Shown here in pieces: positions 18,733-29,082 of a DNA stretch of 64,000 bases; positions within the stretch are counted from its first letter, which is position 1, and each line of letters begins with the position of its first letter. A program made the translations under genes and the position numbers. Source of the DNA: an uncultured virus (IMG/VR IMGVR_UViG_3300037043_000022). Taxonomy: Duplodnaviria > Heunggongvirae > Uroviricota > Caudoviricetes. The stretch lies in the IMG/VR virus record IMGVR_UViG_3300037043_000022; one strand, written 5' to 3'. The notes below the pieces were generated by a model. It saw nothing but the letters and a program-made list of their open reading frames with translations, had not been told where the DNA came from and did no database searches.

Positions 18733-19469
18733 AACAAATCTTCACGTGCAAAGAGGGAAGTTCGAATAAGATGTGGGCATACGAGGAAATTGGTACGACT
18801 TCCGTGAAAGTTCAGTGGGGAAGGATTGGATTGAAACCGCAAGAAAAGACGCACGATTTCGGATCGCCATATGAACGTGCCGCATTCATCCAAGACAAAA
18901 TCAATGAAAAGGTGAAGAAAGGTTATGCACCACAGGACGAGAAACAACTCAAGAAGGACAACGAGGCGGCCAGAATGCTCGGCACTCAATATAAAGTGAC
19001 GCAACTGGAATACGTCCAGAATGCTCAAGATGGCACGTTTAAGGTCCTACAATCGTATGACCCATCAAAACACATGATGGTGACCGTGTTGAACTCCTGG
19101 TCCAAGGATTCACACGTGTTGCTGCTCAGCAAGAACGAGACGAAGGTTGCCAATGGCGTACGGCGAATGCGTGATACGTTGACAATGAATTTGGAGGAAT
19201 GTAACGAAAAGGATGCTGCACTGTCACAATCAATCCGCGAATACCTGAAAAAATTAGCCGAGAGAATCATCAACGTCGTCCGCGTCAAATTTGGTGGATT
19301 AGGCCAACGAAAATTAATGTTAGATGGATCAGACGCGGACGCAGATGCAGACGTGGCCATCACGTCACAGCAGGAGGATGAAGTGATCGAGGAGATGCAC
19401 GAAACGTCGGTAGATAGAATGGTAATTAAGAAATTCTGCGCATTGGGCCACAGAAAACTAGAATTGTGA
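18729..19469 (+). CDS. WGR domain protein
   Basis: GSSNKMW...VQWGRIG...EKVKKGY. Confidence 0.8.
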   Translation: MKQIFTCKEGSSNKMWAYEEIGTTSVKVQWGRIGLKPQEKTHDFGSPYERAAFIQDKINEKVKKGYAPQDEKQLKKDNEAARMLGTQYKVTQLEYVQNAQDGTFKVLQSYDPSKHMMVTVLNSWSKDSHVLLLSKNETKVANGVRRMRDTLTMNLEECNEKDAALSQSIREYLKKLAERIINVVRVKFGGLGQRKLMLDGSDADADADVAITSQQEDEVIEEMHETSVDRMVIKKFCALGHRKLEL

Positions 19470-19470
19470 G

Positions 19471-19857
19471 ATGAACATGGATTGTTGGAAATATCTTGTT
19501 GCACCATCCTGGAACTTGGGCGATCTCGCCCCGAATGAACCGTTGACAATCGTGGATAAACCAAAATTCGGAGTCCCAACGGAATTCATCGGCATGATCA
19601 CGCGAGCAAAATCACCAGTCGGTCTAGTAATGAAAGTATCTGAGTCCGTGTCTTGGTTGGCCAGGATAGCAGTTTTGAACAAATACGGTGAAGTTGGCAA
19701 TCGAGACCAATACATCATGAGGATGTGGGCCGAGGCTTGTAAGATCAGACAAATAAGAAATTTGATTAAAGATCTAAAGGTCGGCACTACGATCGGTGCT
19801 TACTACGATCAAGACGGCAAATTAGATTCCCTGGTCGAAGACGAAGCATTCGAATAA
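19471..19857 (+). CDS. hypothetical protein
   Basis: Tightly packed ORF. Confidence 0.55.
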   Translation: MNMDCWKYLVAPSWNLGDLAPNEPLTIVDKPKFGVPTEFIGMITRAKSPVGLVMKVSESVSWLARIAVLNKYGEVGNRDQYIMRMWAEACKIRQIRNLIKDLKVGTTIGAYYDQDGKLDSLVEDEAFE

Positions 19858-19898
19858 TCCCAACAAAACTACCACCTAATTCCAACCTAACGAGGAGA

Positions 19899-20804
19899 AT
19901 GAACATGACGACGGCAAGTGCCATCTTTGGACAAATCAAACAGGAAAACGTGAACGTACGAATTTTGGGGCATGTCTGCTGGACGAGCGCACACAACGTG
20001 GAATTGACGCAAGACAGATTCGCTGCAATTCTAGAATCGGTCGGTTTGCCCACCAGTTTCGCACGAGAACATAATTGGCGCTCATCATTCATTCGTGCTC
20101 TACGCAACATGGAAGAAAAACGCATCATCAAATTGGTGTCGGAAAATAAAGATCGTCTAATCTATCAGTTCACTGCCGAGACGTTGCAGGATGATGACAC
20201 ACCATATATCGATTACGTGAAGGAAACGAGCGTCGTGATCGATAAGAACAAATATGCCGAAACCGGCATCTTTGCCGACTCATTGGTGAAAGGCAACGAG
20301 GAAATCAAGAAACGGATCGCTGAGTTATTCGAAATTGAGAAGACGAAGTACAATTCGTCCGACATGAATCGATACGTACAGAAGATCTTTAGGAGTCGTG
20401 CCGACATCGTGGCACTCCGAAATCAAGGTGGCGTCTATTTCATCCCAGCCACATACGGCGAAGTCATCGATGCCGTCTCACGGATGGTGCAACAAATCCC
20501 CGGTCTCACTTTTGATCATCTTCCGATTCCCGATGTGGAAAGCAGTCGCGTAACGGTTAGAACCGCCGTCAACGATGAGGTGCTGGCGTCGATGCTCGAA
20601 ATTGACCGTGACATCAAAGCCGTGGCTGAAGGCCATCAACAAGTCACTGAAACGTGGCGTAAGACGCGCATCGGCAGAATTGAGGCGATCAAGGAACGGA
20701 TCAGACAATACTCATCGATTCTGAATGGGGCAGGGACCGACCTCGAAAAACAGGCAATCACTTTGGAATCACGCATTTTGGGTCGCAGGAAATTGGAAGT
20801 CTAA
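19899..20804 (+). CDS. DUF3150/DUF6744-like protein
   Basis: ILGHVCW...FIRALR...ALRNQGGVYFIP and helical C-terminus. Confidence 0.6.
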   Translation: MNMTTASAIFGQIKQENVNVRILGHVCWTSAHNVELTQDRFAAILESVGLPTSFAREHNWRSSFIRALRNMEEKRIIKLVSENKDRLIYQFTAETLQDDDTPYIDYVKETSVVIDKNKYAETGIFADSLVKGNEEIKKRIAELFEIEKTKYNSSDMNRYVQKIFRSRADIVALRNQGGVYFIPATYGEVIDAVSRMVQQIPGLTFDHLPIPDVESSRVTVRTAVNDEVLASMLEIDRDIKAVAEGHQQVTETWRKTRIGRIEAIKERIRQYSSILNGAGTDLEKQAITLESRILGRRKLEV

Positions 20805-20815
20805 GGAGGATCGAC

Positions 20816-21103
20816 ATGGAGGACGATAGATGCGAGCGCAAAGTAATTCTCATAGGCGACAATGAAACATGGAATAAACTTAGGGAATGTAAAGATTTTA
20901 ATGCAGCGGTCGGATATTTGGCAACGTGGGCGTTTCATCATAAGGGTTACAATTTCTGTTATTTATGTCCATTGGCGAACGACAATCTGGAATATGAAAT
21001 CACCGCCACTTATTATCCCAAAGAAGGTCTTCCACAAAATCCAGCATACGTCATTGGTGGGATTTACCATCATGAAGATAAACGTTGGTCATTCCACTCT
21101 TAG
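20816..21103 (+). CDS. hypothetical protein
   Basis: AAGGAGG RBS; C-terminal GGIYH....WSFHS. Confidence 0.65.
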   Translation: MEDDRCERKVILIGDNETWNKLRECKDFNAAVGYLATWAFHHKGYNFCYLCPLANDNLEYEITATYYPKEGLPQNPAYVIGGIYHHEDKRWSFHS

Positions 21104-21138
21104 AAAGACATGGTGGTTTGCCACAGAAAGGGAACGAA

Positions 21139-21366
21139 ATGAATAAAGCGACGAAGAAACCGAAGAAACCTAACAATCAAGTAGCTAGACTTGTTAAAGT
21201 TCCATACGGCATTTTGAGAGACATGAATCAGATTCTTAATTATCAGTGGGATGAGGAATCACGACATTATGAAGAAATGAAGACATGTGATAATCGTCGA
21301 CATGTCTTCACGTACATGCGTCGAGTTCGAGCCTGGCTTGAATTGAATGAGATAATGCGGAAATAG
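21139..21366 (+). CDS. hypothetical protein
   Basis: MNKATKK after AAAGGG. Confidence 0.5.
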   Translation: MNKATKKPKKPNNQVARLVKVPYGILRDMNQILNYQWDEESRHYEEMKTCDNRRHVFTYMRRVRAWLELNEIMRK

Positions 21367-21375
21367 GTGATCTGG

Positions 21376-21404
21376 GGTGCACCATATTATCAGTATGGTG
21401 CACC
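21376..21404. terminator. intergenic 11-bp hairpin
   Basis: ggtgcaccata-ttatcag-tatggtgcacc. Confidence 0.45.
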
Positions 21405-21423
21405 AGAAAAGGAGGAATAAAGA

Positions 21424-22191
21424 ATGGACGTTTCACAGTGGTTGGAAACTGCCACCAAGGAGGAAATAGACGACATCATCGAAGCCGTGCACAATGTAAA
21501 TGGAAACACGGCACGATGGAATCCGGCCACATGTTTGAAAAGATTAATGTCTTACCCCATAAAAGATCTCTACCCATATCTTAAGAATGAACGCACTAAA
21601 GAATTATTGTTCGATCCAGCATGGTACGCACATCGGGATACCCGTGCTATGGTGTGCAAGCATGCACCAATTCATTTAGTTGAAAGATTTACGAAAGAAT
21701 TTTTGTTGACTATGTCGAAAAACGGACGATTAATAAAGGTCATAGAAATTCTAAAGAATCAACCATCCTTCGAAAGAGTGGCCATCATTACGTCACTCTA
21801 TGATCCAGAGTTGAATTTGTTCATCAACAATTCATTCGTTTTATCTCAGTATCTGCCCAGTGCCATGCTCGCAACGGTTGCTCGCGTATATCCCAAAATG
21901 ATAAGTTGTCTAAGCCATTATGTAATGATGAGTAACGTTGAACTTTTTGACATCATGTTTTCTCTTTTACCGACAGATGCACCAAAGATTCTGTCAGGTT
22001 TTGAACCAATCAAGGATTTACGCATAGCGATGAAGGCAGTCAAATGTAATCCTCGTTGTCTGCCCTATTTGGATGCCAGCATACAATCACAAATATTCGA
22101 GGAAATCGGATATGACGTGATGTCAGAAGCTGCCATCAAATGCATAGAAAGAAGCACACAAGGGATGTGGAAAGGAGAATGCCATGGGTAG
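21424..22191 (+). CDS. helical repeat protein with divergent leader domain
   Basis: WLETATKEEIDDIIEAVHNVNGN resembles the leader; IAMKAVKCNPRCLPYL is a degenerate DUF4116-like repeat. Confidence 0.65.
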   Translation: MDVSQWLETATKEEIDDIIEAVHNVNGNTARWNPATCLKRLMSYPIKDLYPYLKNERTKELLFDPAWYAHRDTRAMVCKHAPIHLVERFTKEFLLTMSKNGRLIKVIEILKNQPSFERVAIITSLYDPELNLFINNSFVLSQYLPSAMLATVARVYPKMISCLSHYVMMSNVELFDIMFSLLPTDAPKILSGFEPIKDLRIAMKAVKCNPRCLPYLDASIQSQIFEEIGYDVMSEAAIKCIERSTQGMWKGECHG

Positions 22192-22561
22192 AGTGAAGGA
22201 AGTGATTTTTGAGATCGTCGAAAACAGCAATACGTACGAAGAAGCCGTTGTTAAATTGGAAGCGACTAAATTAGGTAAGGATTGTAAAACGTTCCGGACG
22301 ATGTGGAATGATGCTCGGAAAATAAACAAGACAACTTGTCTATCGGTCGCCGTCGTCAGTGAAAATTGTACGTGTGATACTGATTATGGATTGTTCGGTC
22401 ATCGTGAATTTGCGGCTGAATTCCATTGTCCGACATGCGAGGAGATGATTACAATTAGAGCATGTCAAGCCTGGCCGATCGTCGTAAAAGCCTGTCCGAA
22501 CTGCGGCATCGAACATGAATGGTCGTTGTCTGAACAAATGACGCATTGTCCATTGCGATAA
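22184..22561 (+). CDS. Zn-finger hypothetical protein
   Basis: CPTC...CPNC. Confidence 0.6.
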   Translation: MGRVKEVIFEIVENSNTYEEAVVKLEATKLGKDCKTFRTMWNDARKINKTTCLSVAVVSENCTCDTDYGLFGHREFAAEFHCPTCEEMITIRACQAWPIVVKACPNCGIEHEWSLSEQMTHCPLR

Positions 22562-22571
22562 GGAGAAAATC

Positions 22572-23105
22572 ATGCACTGGATGATGAACGCAAGCAAGGA
22601 ACAGTTGGCTGATGTAATCCAAGCAGTAAAGAAGATAAACAATAATTATGAACGAATGAAGGATGTAACGATTGTCAAGAAACTGATGAATGATGAAGTA
22701 AATCTATTGAATGTGTTCAAACATTTGGACAAGCAATTTCCAGAAATCTGCATAGCAGTAGTAAAACAACGTAGTTATGCACTTGAATGCATCGAAAAAC
22801 AGACACCAGAATTGTGTTTAGTTGCAGTACAACAAAATGGTTTGGCACTAAAATATGTGAAGGAGCAGACACCAGAAATATGTATGGCAGCAGCGCAAGA
22901 AAACGGTTATGCGCTTCAGCATGTTAAGAAACAGACACCAGAAATCTGTCTGGCAGCAGTACAACAGGACGGTTCGGCACTTAAATATGTCAAAGAACAG
23001 ACACTAGAAACGTGCATGGCGGCAGCACAAGGAAATGATACAGTGTTTGATCTCATCGATAAGACTAAATTCAGGGTCGAAATCGAGATCACAAAAATCA
23101 CATAA
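22572..23105 (+). CDS. DUF4116-type repeat protein with MHW leader
   Basis: Leader plus about 5 repeats. Confidence 0.87.
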   Translation: MHWMMNASKEQLADVIQAVKKINNNYERMKDVTIVKKLMNDEVNLLNVFKHLDKQFPEICIAVVKQRSYALECIEKQTPELCLVAVQQNGLALKYVKEQTPEICMAAAQENGYALQHVKKQTPEICLAAVQQDGSALKYVKEQTLETCMAAAQGNDTVFDLIDKTKFRVEIEITKIT

Positions 23106-23130
23106 ACTACAATCCAAGGGAGGATGACGA

Positions 23131-23397
23131 ATGCTAAGCATAGCTACGGGTAAGGTCACAAAGGGTGGGATACGATTATATCGCAATACCTGCAACCGCA
23201 GGCGTGCCATCAAGATGCTGATGAAGAGCGGATTGAATTATTTCATCAGTTTTCGTGACGTAGACAAAAAACACCCAGCAGGATTAGCCTACGGTTTTAC
23301 GGAATGGGCTGGTCTGTTTCCACACATGTATGGAGATTTAGGAGGATGCGATGAGAAGGAAAATCAAAAGCTTCAAAAAAGCAAAAGCCTTACTTGA
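23131..23397 (+). CDS. hypothetical protein
   Basis: GGAGG RBS. Confidence 0.55.
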   Translation: MLSIATGKVTKGGIRLYRNTCNRRRAIKMLMKSGLNYFISFRDVDKKHPAGLAYGFTEWAGLFPHMYGDLGGCDEKENQKLQKSKSLT

Positions 23398-23569
23398 AAG
23401 TTGTCCGGCACCGTTTCGAATCCGGCACGGTAAGGAGTGGAACGACTACGGCGATTTGTGTCGTTCACAGATCATAATTGACGCTGATGGCAAAGAACGT
23501 ATGCTGATTTTAACGTCGGCACATAAAGCCGACGTCTATGTGTTAGGAGATAAAACGTGCACTGGATGA
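23351..23569 (+). CDS. hypothetical protein
   Basis: AGGAGG RBS; its 3' end runs into an orphan leader start. Confidence 0.55.
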   Translation: MRRKIKSFKKAKALLESCPAPFRIRHGKEWNDYGDLCRSQIIIDADGKERMLILTSAHKADVYVLGDKTCTG

Positions 23570-23580
23570 CGAACGCCAAG
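23545..23580 (+). pseudogene. orphan DUF4116 RBS plus leader start
   Basis: aggagataaaacgtgcactggatgacgaacgc matches the 12799 gene start, then truncates. Confidence 0.75.
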
Positions 23581-23596
23581 TCAAGGAGAAAGAAAA

Positions 23597-24079
23597 GTGG
23601 TAAGCGGTCCAAAAAACTTTGAACATAACAAAATCAATAGAGTAGTTGAATATGACATTAAACCAAAGCATGTCCGTTTAATTGCAACGATGCCAATCGA
23701 ATTAGTGAAAACGCCAAGAATGACGGCTGGATGCAACAAGGAATGTGAAATCATAGCCGTCAAATATGATGTCATTTTAGATGCGTATAATTATAATCTA
23801 CAGTTGATGCTTGATCTCGACCCGACTAAATGTGACATATATGTCACAGGAGTCGGGGGACGTCCAAGCATGGCATTTGTCAGCAATAGATGGTGGGTCG
23901 TTTTTGGCGCTAGAAATTTCTACGAACCCGGAATAACGAATCTTAAAGGGAAGCATCGGACACAACATCTGATGTTACATTCACTCAATCCAGGAACGAT
24001 TTACAACCCAGACGTAAAAGAAATAATCATACAAGCATTGTTGTGGAATGCTAAAGAGAACAAACTTCTTCAATATTAA
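23597..24079 (+). CDS. hypothetical protein
   Basis: AAGGAG RBS, GTG start. Confidence 0.55.
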   Translation: MVSGPKNFEHNKINRVVEYDIKPKHVRLIATMPIELVKTPRMTAGCNKECEIIAVKYDVILDAYNYNLQLMLDLDPTKCDIYVTGVGGRPSMAFVSNRWWVVFGARNFYEPGITNLKGKHRTQHLMLHSLNPGTIYNPDVKEIIIQALLWNAKENKLLQY

Positions 24080-24093
24080 GAAAGGAGAGACGG

Positions 24094-24381
24094 ATGGACA
24101 TAGAACCATTTCAGTCATTGGTAGATGAATTATCACATCTCAAATTCAACGTCATTGATCATTATCAACATCCATCAATGTTATGGTTCGTCCATTATCT
24201 CGATGAGCGTAAATCCATTGGCATCAAATTCTACCAGAATTTCAACGTCTCTGTTTATCTCAGATACGTGCCTAATACGACGAGCTTTGACGTAGAAATG
24301 TTAGTAAATTTGCTAGAATCGTCGTCAATAAATGACATTCGTGATTTTTTAGATGCAGCAGCAAGAGGGAGGACGAGATGA
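24094..24381 (+). CDS. hypothetical protein
   Basis: AAGGAG RBS. Confidence 0.6.
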   Translation: MDIEPFQSLVDELSHLKFNVIDHYQHPSMLWFVHYLDERKSIGIKFYQNFNVSVYLRYVPNTTSFDVEMLVNLLESSSINDIRDFLDAAARGRTR

Positions 24382-24626
24382 TTCACAGCGGAAAACCGCC
24401 GTCGAGAAAGACTGAAATCGATTTAAGCGGTCCACAAGGCAATGCCTTTTGTTTACTCGGCATAGCCAAACAATTATGTGAAGAATTGAATTTGAATAAT
24501 TGGGAAGACATACGGCGACGGATGATGGCCGGCAACTACAATAACTTAATTGAAATCTTTGACGAAGAATTCGGTGATTACGTCGATCTTTACAGATCAG
24601 TAAGTAATGCCAAAGGAGACCGATGA
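24378..24626 (+). CDS. conserved phage hypothetical protein
   Basis: IDLSGPQGNAFCLLG...MMAGNY..L...F...FG motif. Confidence 0.7.
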   Translation: MIHSGKPPSRKTEIDLSGPQGNAFCLLGIAKQLCEELNLNNWEDIRRRMMAGNYNNLIEIFDEEFGDYVDLYRSVSNAKGDR

Positions 24627-24847
24627 TGATAAAAATCAAATTAGGAAATAAAGCGAGAGACGTGAATTTGGTCCTTCCATCCGGCAAAGAAATTTTACTG
24701 CAATGGCGATTGGAAGCGCCATCTTTGGACATATGTCTGCCATACGTAACATCCGTCACAAACATGAAAAAAGAAATGCCTGGCAAATCGCATAAAGCCG
24801 ATCAAATTGTCATTGACGTCAACCCAGAAGATCTAAAGGAGAAATGA
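24623..24847 (+). CDS. hypothetical protein
   Basis: AAGGAG RBS, ATGA coupling. Confidence 0.55.
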   Translation: MMIKIKLGNKARDVNLVLPSGKEILLQWRLEAPSLDICLPYVTSVTNMKKEMPGKSHKADQIVIDVNPEDLKEK

Positions 24848-25488
24848 TGACCTACATTTTCGATTTTGACACCGAGACAGATGACGGTGGCATCTGGTAT
24901 GAAAAAGACATCGTCGTGAAGAACGACAAGGGGTATGCGTACGATCCAGAAGACGAAGAAGAGGGAGTATGCATTAAGATGAGAATCAATGATGAAATTA
25001 TGGAAGCAATATTAGAGGAATTGAAAATCGACTCAACGAGGTTTCTCATGGATATCAAAGAAAATAACTTTGATTATCTTGAGCAATATGCATGGCCATT
25101 AAAGATTAAATTATTGACGCTTGCTGGTTGGCCAAGGGATGTAGCTAATTCGACGATGTTTATTTATGAGGATGATAAAGATGATGTAATTAAAAAGACA
25201 CCGAAAAAATACCGACATTTAATTGAATTAATAGAAGTAAAGGAAGAGGAAGAATGTAACGGAACTGTTGATGATGATCTTGTTTTTGACGTGAAAACAA
25301 TGACCATGACTAAAAAGAAGTTTGATGATGATGGTCTTGTTTTTGACGTGAAAACAATGACCATGACTAAAAAGAAGGCATATCTGGCGGCAGTACAACA
25401 GGATGGCTGGGCGCTTCAAGATATCAAAGAACAGACGCCAGAAATATGTATGGCAGCAGTACGAGAAGATGGTTATGCACTACAATGA
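24844..25488 (+). CDS. acidic protein fused to ~1.5 DUF4116 repeats
   Basis: Internal duplication DDDLVFDVKTMTMTKKK x2, then LAAVQQDGWALQDIKEQTPEIC. Confidence 0.65.
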   Translation: MMTYIFDFDTETDDGGIWYEKDIVVKNDKGYAYDPEDEEEGVCIKMRINDEIMEAILEELKIDSTRFLMDIKENNFDYLEQYAWPLKIKLLTLAGWPRDVANSTMFIYEDDKDDVIKKTPKKYRHLIELIEVKEEEECNGTVDDDLVFDVKTMTMTKKKFDDDGLVFDVKTMTMTKKKAYLAAVQQDGWALQDIKEQTPEICMAAVREDGYALQ

Positions 25489-26177
25489 AGAAGAGAAAGA
25501 ACGCCTGGATAACGACCGTAACCAAAGAACAATTGAATGACGTAATCAAAGCAGTGAGAAAGATTGATGATTATAAACAGATGAAGGATACAACGATTGT
25601 CAAGAAATTATTGGATGATGGAATAGATTTATATTCCACATGCAAGAATATAGATAAACAATTTCCCGCAATCTGTATGGCAACAGTAAAACAAAATGGT
25701 TATGCGCTTGAATATGTCAAGGAGCAGACGCCAGAATTGTGCATGGCAGCAGTAAGACAAAATGGTCATGCACTTCAGCATGTCAAAAAACAAACACCAG
25801 ATACATGTCTGACTGCAGTACAACAAAATGGTCATGCACTTCAGCATGTCAAGGAACAGACACCAGAAATCTGTATGGCGACAGTGAGACAATATGGCTT
25901 GGCACTTGAATTTGTTAAAAAGCAGACGCCAGAAATATGCATGGCAGCAGTAAAAGAAAATGGCTGGGCACTTAAATATGTCAAAAAACAAACGCCAGAG
26001 GTATGTATGACGGCGGTAAAACAAAATGGTGAGGCACTTGAATACGTTAAGGAGCAGACGCCAGAATTGTGCATGGCGGCAGTAAAACAGAACAATGAGG
26101 CACTTGAATACGTTAATAAAAAATTCAAGATCAAGATACTCGTTGGTTCAAACCCCAAAAGGAGACAGAATGACTAA
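25485..26177 (+). CDS. DUF4116-type repeat protein with leader
   Basis: ATGA-coupled start; AWITTVTKEQLNDV leader plus about 7 repeats. Confidence 0.85.
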   Translation: MKKRKNAWITTVTKEQLNDVIKAVRKIDDYKQMKDTTIVKKLLDDGIDLYSTCKNIDKQFPAICMATVKQNGYALEYVKEQTPELCMAAVRQNGHALQHVKKQTPDTCLTAVQQNGHALQHVKEQTPEICMATVRQYGLALEFVKKQTPEICMAAVKENGWALKYVKKQTPEVCMTAVKQNGEALEYVKEQTPELCMAAVKQNNEALEYVNKKFKIKILVGSNPKRRQND

Positions 26178-26397
26178 GATTGATAAGAAGAACGTCATGC
26201 TCGCTGAATTGAAAAAGATTGACGTTCTTGGTGACGATCCGGTTGATTCCCTGGAATCATTGCCAGGCAATCAGTATCATCAGTTGACGTATCGACTCGC
26301 TAGAAAGACCGGATTTTCATATGATGAAATCACGGGATTGTTGGACGAACTGCGTGAAGAGCATGAGACGAAAGAATCTAAGGAGACTGAAGAATGA
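26170..26397 (+). CDS. small hypothetical protein sharing its RBS/start sequence with the ligase
   Basis: ggagacagaatgactaagattgat versus ggagactgaagaatgaccaagattgat. Confidence 0.55.
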   Translation: MTKIDKKNVMLAELKKIDVLGDDPVDSLESLPGNQYHQLTYRLARKTGFSYDEITGLLDELREEHETKESKETEE

Positions 26398-28316
26398 CCA
26401 AGATTGATGCGCTCAAGAAGGCTGCCGAAGCTTACTACAATGACAAAGCAGTCATGTCAGACGCCGATTACGACCGTCTGTATGACGAGGCGAAGGCTGA
26501 ACATCCCAACGACCCGTTCTTTAAAACGGTTGGGGCACCAGTCTCCGACCTCTTTACCAAGATCAAGCATAGCATCCCAATGGGCAGTCTCAACAAAGTC
26601 AAGGATGAGAAAGAAATCAAGCGCTGGTTGGACAAAACCCCTGGTACGAAAATTCTCGTCCAATGGAAGTTCGACGGCTGCTCATTGTCTCTTAAATACG
26701 AGAAGGGACAACTGGTACAGGCCATCAGTCGTGGGGATGGAAATACCGGCGAGGACCTGACCGAAAACGTCAAGAAATCCAAATTCATTCCCCAACGGTT
26801 GAATGAAGAATTCACCGGTTACGTACGTGGTGAGGCAATTCTCCACCAAGACGAATTTAAAACGCATTTCGCCGATTGTGCCAATCCCCGCAATGCCGGT
26901 AACGGTGCATTGCGCAACAAACGCGGTGATGGTTGTGAATGGTTGCGTCTAAAGGCATACGACGTGCTGTGCGACGGTGAATCATGCTGCGACACCGAAC
27001 GGGATAACCAACAATATCTCGCTCGATTGGGATTCGACGTCGATGAGGGCGCATTGGTTACTGGCGCAGACACATTGGGTCTGATACAAACCGTCTATGA
27101 CAAACGACGTAACGAACGGGCCACACTGCCGTTCGAAGTGGATGGATTGGTGCTGCGGTTTGACGACATTGCAACGCAAAAGGCACTTGGGTTTCATGAC
27201 CAGAACCCCAAGGGTCAAATGGCTTACAAATTCCCACCGATGGGCGGAAAATCAATTCTACGTTCCATCGAATGGTCGGTAGGTCACACCGGCAGCATCG
27301 TCCCCGTTGGTAAAATTGACCCGATCAACATTGGCGGCGTAACCGTCACTTCCGTCTTAGTCAACAATGAAGATGAGATTAAGCGTCTCAATTTAGGGAT
27401 CGGCGGTGAGGTCGAAGTCATCAGAGCAGGGGATGTGATCCCTAAGTTAGTATCCTGTAAGGGTGGTACGCCAATTACAATCCCAACGGTCTGTCCAGTC
27501 TGTGGCGGTGCGGTGGCTCGCGATGGTGCAGCATTGGTTTGTCAAAATGACGAGTGCGACGGTAAGGCCGTCCGTAAAGTCCGTCGCTGGATTAAGTCGA
27601 ACGACATCAAGTTCATCGGTCCGGAAGTGGAAGCGGCGTTGTATGAATCCGGTCTGGTTAAAGACCCAGCCGATCTCTACGTCCTCGACATGGAAAGGTT
27701 GCCGAATCTGACCGTCGGCAACGGCAATCTCGGCATCAAACGAGCACAAGCAATTCTTGCTGAGATTGAGAAGAAAAAGAATTTGACCTTGGCCGAATTC
27801 ATTGGCTCATTGGGCATCCGCTTCCTAGGTAAACGGGCGGCGGAAGAGTTCATCAAGAAATGCGGCAAGAAGACGCTCAGGGAATGGCGTGAGATGACGA
27901 CGGAAGAATCGCTTGCGCTCGGCAGCGGCATTGGTCCTGTCGTCGTGGCCGGACTGGCGGCGTGTAGCGGACTCGTCGACAAACTGCTGGCAAACGGCGT
28001 GGTCGTCGGTGACGCGGACGACGCGGCGGAGGAGACGCCGGCGGCGACGAGCGGCGGGAAACTGGCGAATCTCGTCATGGTGTTTACGGGAGCGTTGCCG
28101 TCGGGTATGAAACGGGCAGCGGCGCAGCAATTGGTCCTTGAAAACGGTGGGGCGGTGAAGGATGAAGTCGGTCCAACGGTGACCCACTTGGTGCAAGCGG
28201 ACCCGTCAAGCCAATCATCTAAAACCCGCAAGGCCGCAAAATACGGCACAAAAGTGATTAGTGAGGAGCAATTTCTGGAGATGATCAAATTGTCCAGCGC
28301 TGCAGAGTACACTTGA
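26394..28316 (+). CDS. ligA: NAD-dependent DNA ligase
   Basis: YY...MSDADYD domain Ia, KFDG adenylation motif, SRGDG, VRGE, ANPRN, DGLV, AYKF, RAGDVIP, C4 Zn finger, HhH, C-terminal BRCT (VFTG...ISEEQFL). Confidence 0.95.
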   Translation: MTKIDALKKAAEAYYNDKAVMSDADYDRLYDEAKAEHPNDPFFKTVGAPVSDLFTKIKHSIPMGSLNKVKDEKEIKRWLDKTPGTKILVQWKFDGCSLSLKYEKGQLVQAISRGDGNTGEDLTENVKKSKFIPQRLNEEFTGYVRGEAILHQDEFKTHFADCANPRNAGNGALRNKRGDGCEWLRLKAYDVLCDGESCCDTERDNQQYLARLGFDVDEGALVTGADTLGLIQTVYDKRRNERATLPFEVDGLVLRFDDIATQKALGFHDQNPKGQMAYKFPPMGGKSILRSIEWSVGHTGSIVPVGKIDPINIGGVTVTSVLVNNEDEIKRLNLGIGGEVEVIRAGDVIPKLVSCKGGTPITIPTVCPVCGGAVARDGAALVCQNDECDGKAVRKVRRWIKSNDIKFIGPEVEAALYESGLVKDPADLYVLDMERLPNLTVGNGNLGIKRAQAILAEIEKKKNLTLAEFIGSLGIRFLGKRAAEEFIKKCGKKTLREWREMTTEESLALGSGIGPVVVAGLAACSGLVDKLLANGVVVGDADDAAEETPAATSGGKLANLVMVFTGALPSGMKRAAAQQLVLENGGAVKDEVGPTVTHLVQADPSSQSSKTRKAAKYGTKVISEEQFLEMIKLSSAAEYT

Positions 28317-28382
28317 TGTCGGGATGATCGTTATGGTCACGGGGACCGTTGAAAGTAGAAACATCCAGCAAAGGAGAATAGA

Positions 28383-28805
28383 ATGATGAAACGATTTGCC
28401 GTAGCAACGACGCAACATGTTATTGACCATCTAGGATTAGATCCAACACAGTTAAATTTTTATCGTGCTAAAAACGCATATGATGCCGCTCGACAGAGTT
28501 TATGTGAACGCATGCTCGAACGTGAAAGCGACGATTGGCAAGAGCTAGAGGAAGACTTGCGCGTTGTCGTCAGCTTGAAAGATCCACTTCGTGCTGCGGA
28601 ACTCAAGGACTGGAAGCGACGCGCTCGCAAAAGCGGAATTCCGGAAGATCAGAACAAAGGTAGCAAAAAACAATTCTTGGCCCGTCGTAAACTTCATTGG
28701 TTAAAAACGAAGTTGGAAAAAGATGAGGATGAAGAATACGATTTCATTTATCGTGATGACGATGCCGACGATGTCTTTGCCTTTGTAGTAAGAGAAATAA
28801 AATGA
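28383..28805 (+). CDS. hypothetical protein inside the ligase-tail duplication
   Basis: AAGGAG RBS. Confidence 0.6.
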   Translation: MMKRFAVATTQHVIDHLGLDPTQLNFYRAKNAYDAARQSLCERMLERESDDWQELEEDLRVVVSLKDPLRAAELKDWKRRARKSGIPEDQNKGSKKQFLARRKLHWLKTKLEKDEDEEYDFIYRDDDADDVFAFVVREIK

Positions 28806-28854
28806 TAGCGGTAGTTTACTGCAAAGAGGAATTCGCCAACTTAGGGGAGGCGGG

Positions 28855-29082
28855 ATGAACATAAGAGAAGCGGTTGACAGGTATATTCAGTGGGATGCGA
28901 TAAATAATGAGAACCGCAAGCGGTTGTTGTCCCGCCATGCGGAAGAACTAGAGGAATTTGAACGATACTGTAAGCACGACTCAGATCCGTTTAGGGTTGC
29001 ATTAAAAGATGATTACAGCCTGGAAAACGTGGAAATACTCGCCGAGGCGCTTAGGAAAAGATTGACCGTCAAGCCAAAGTAG
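28855..29082 (+). CDS. hypothetical protein inside the ligase-tail duplication
   Basis: GGAGG RBS. Confidence 0.55.
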   Translation: MNIREAVDRYIQWDAINNENRKRLLSRHAEELEEFERYCKHDSDPFRVALKDDYSLENVEILAEALRKRLTVKPK

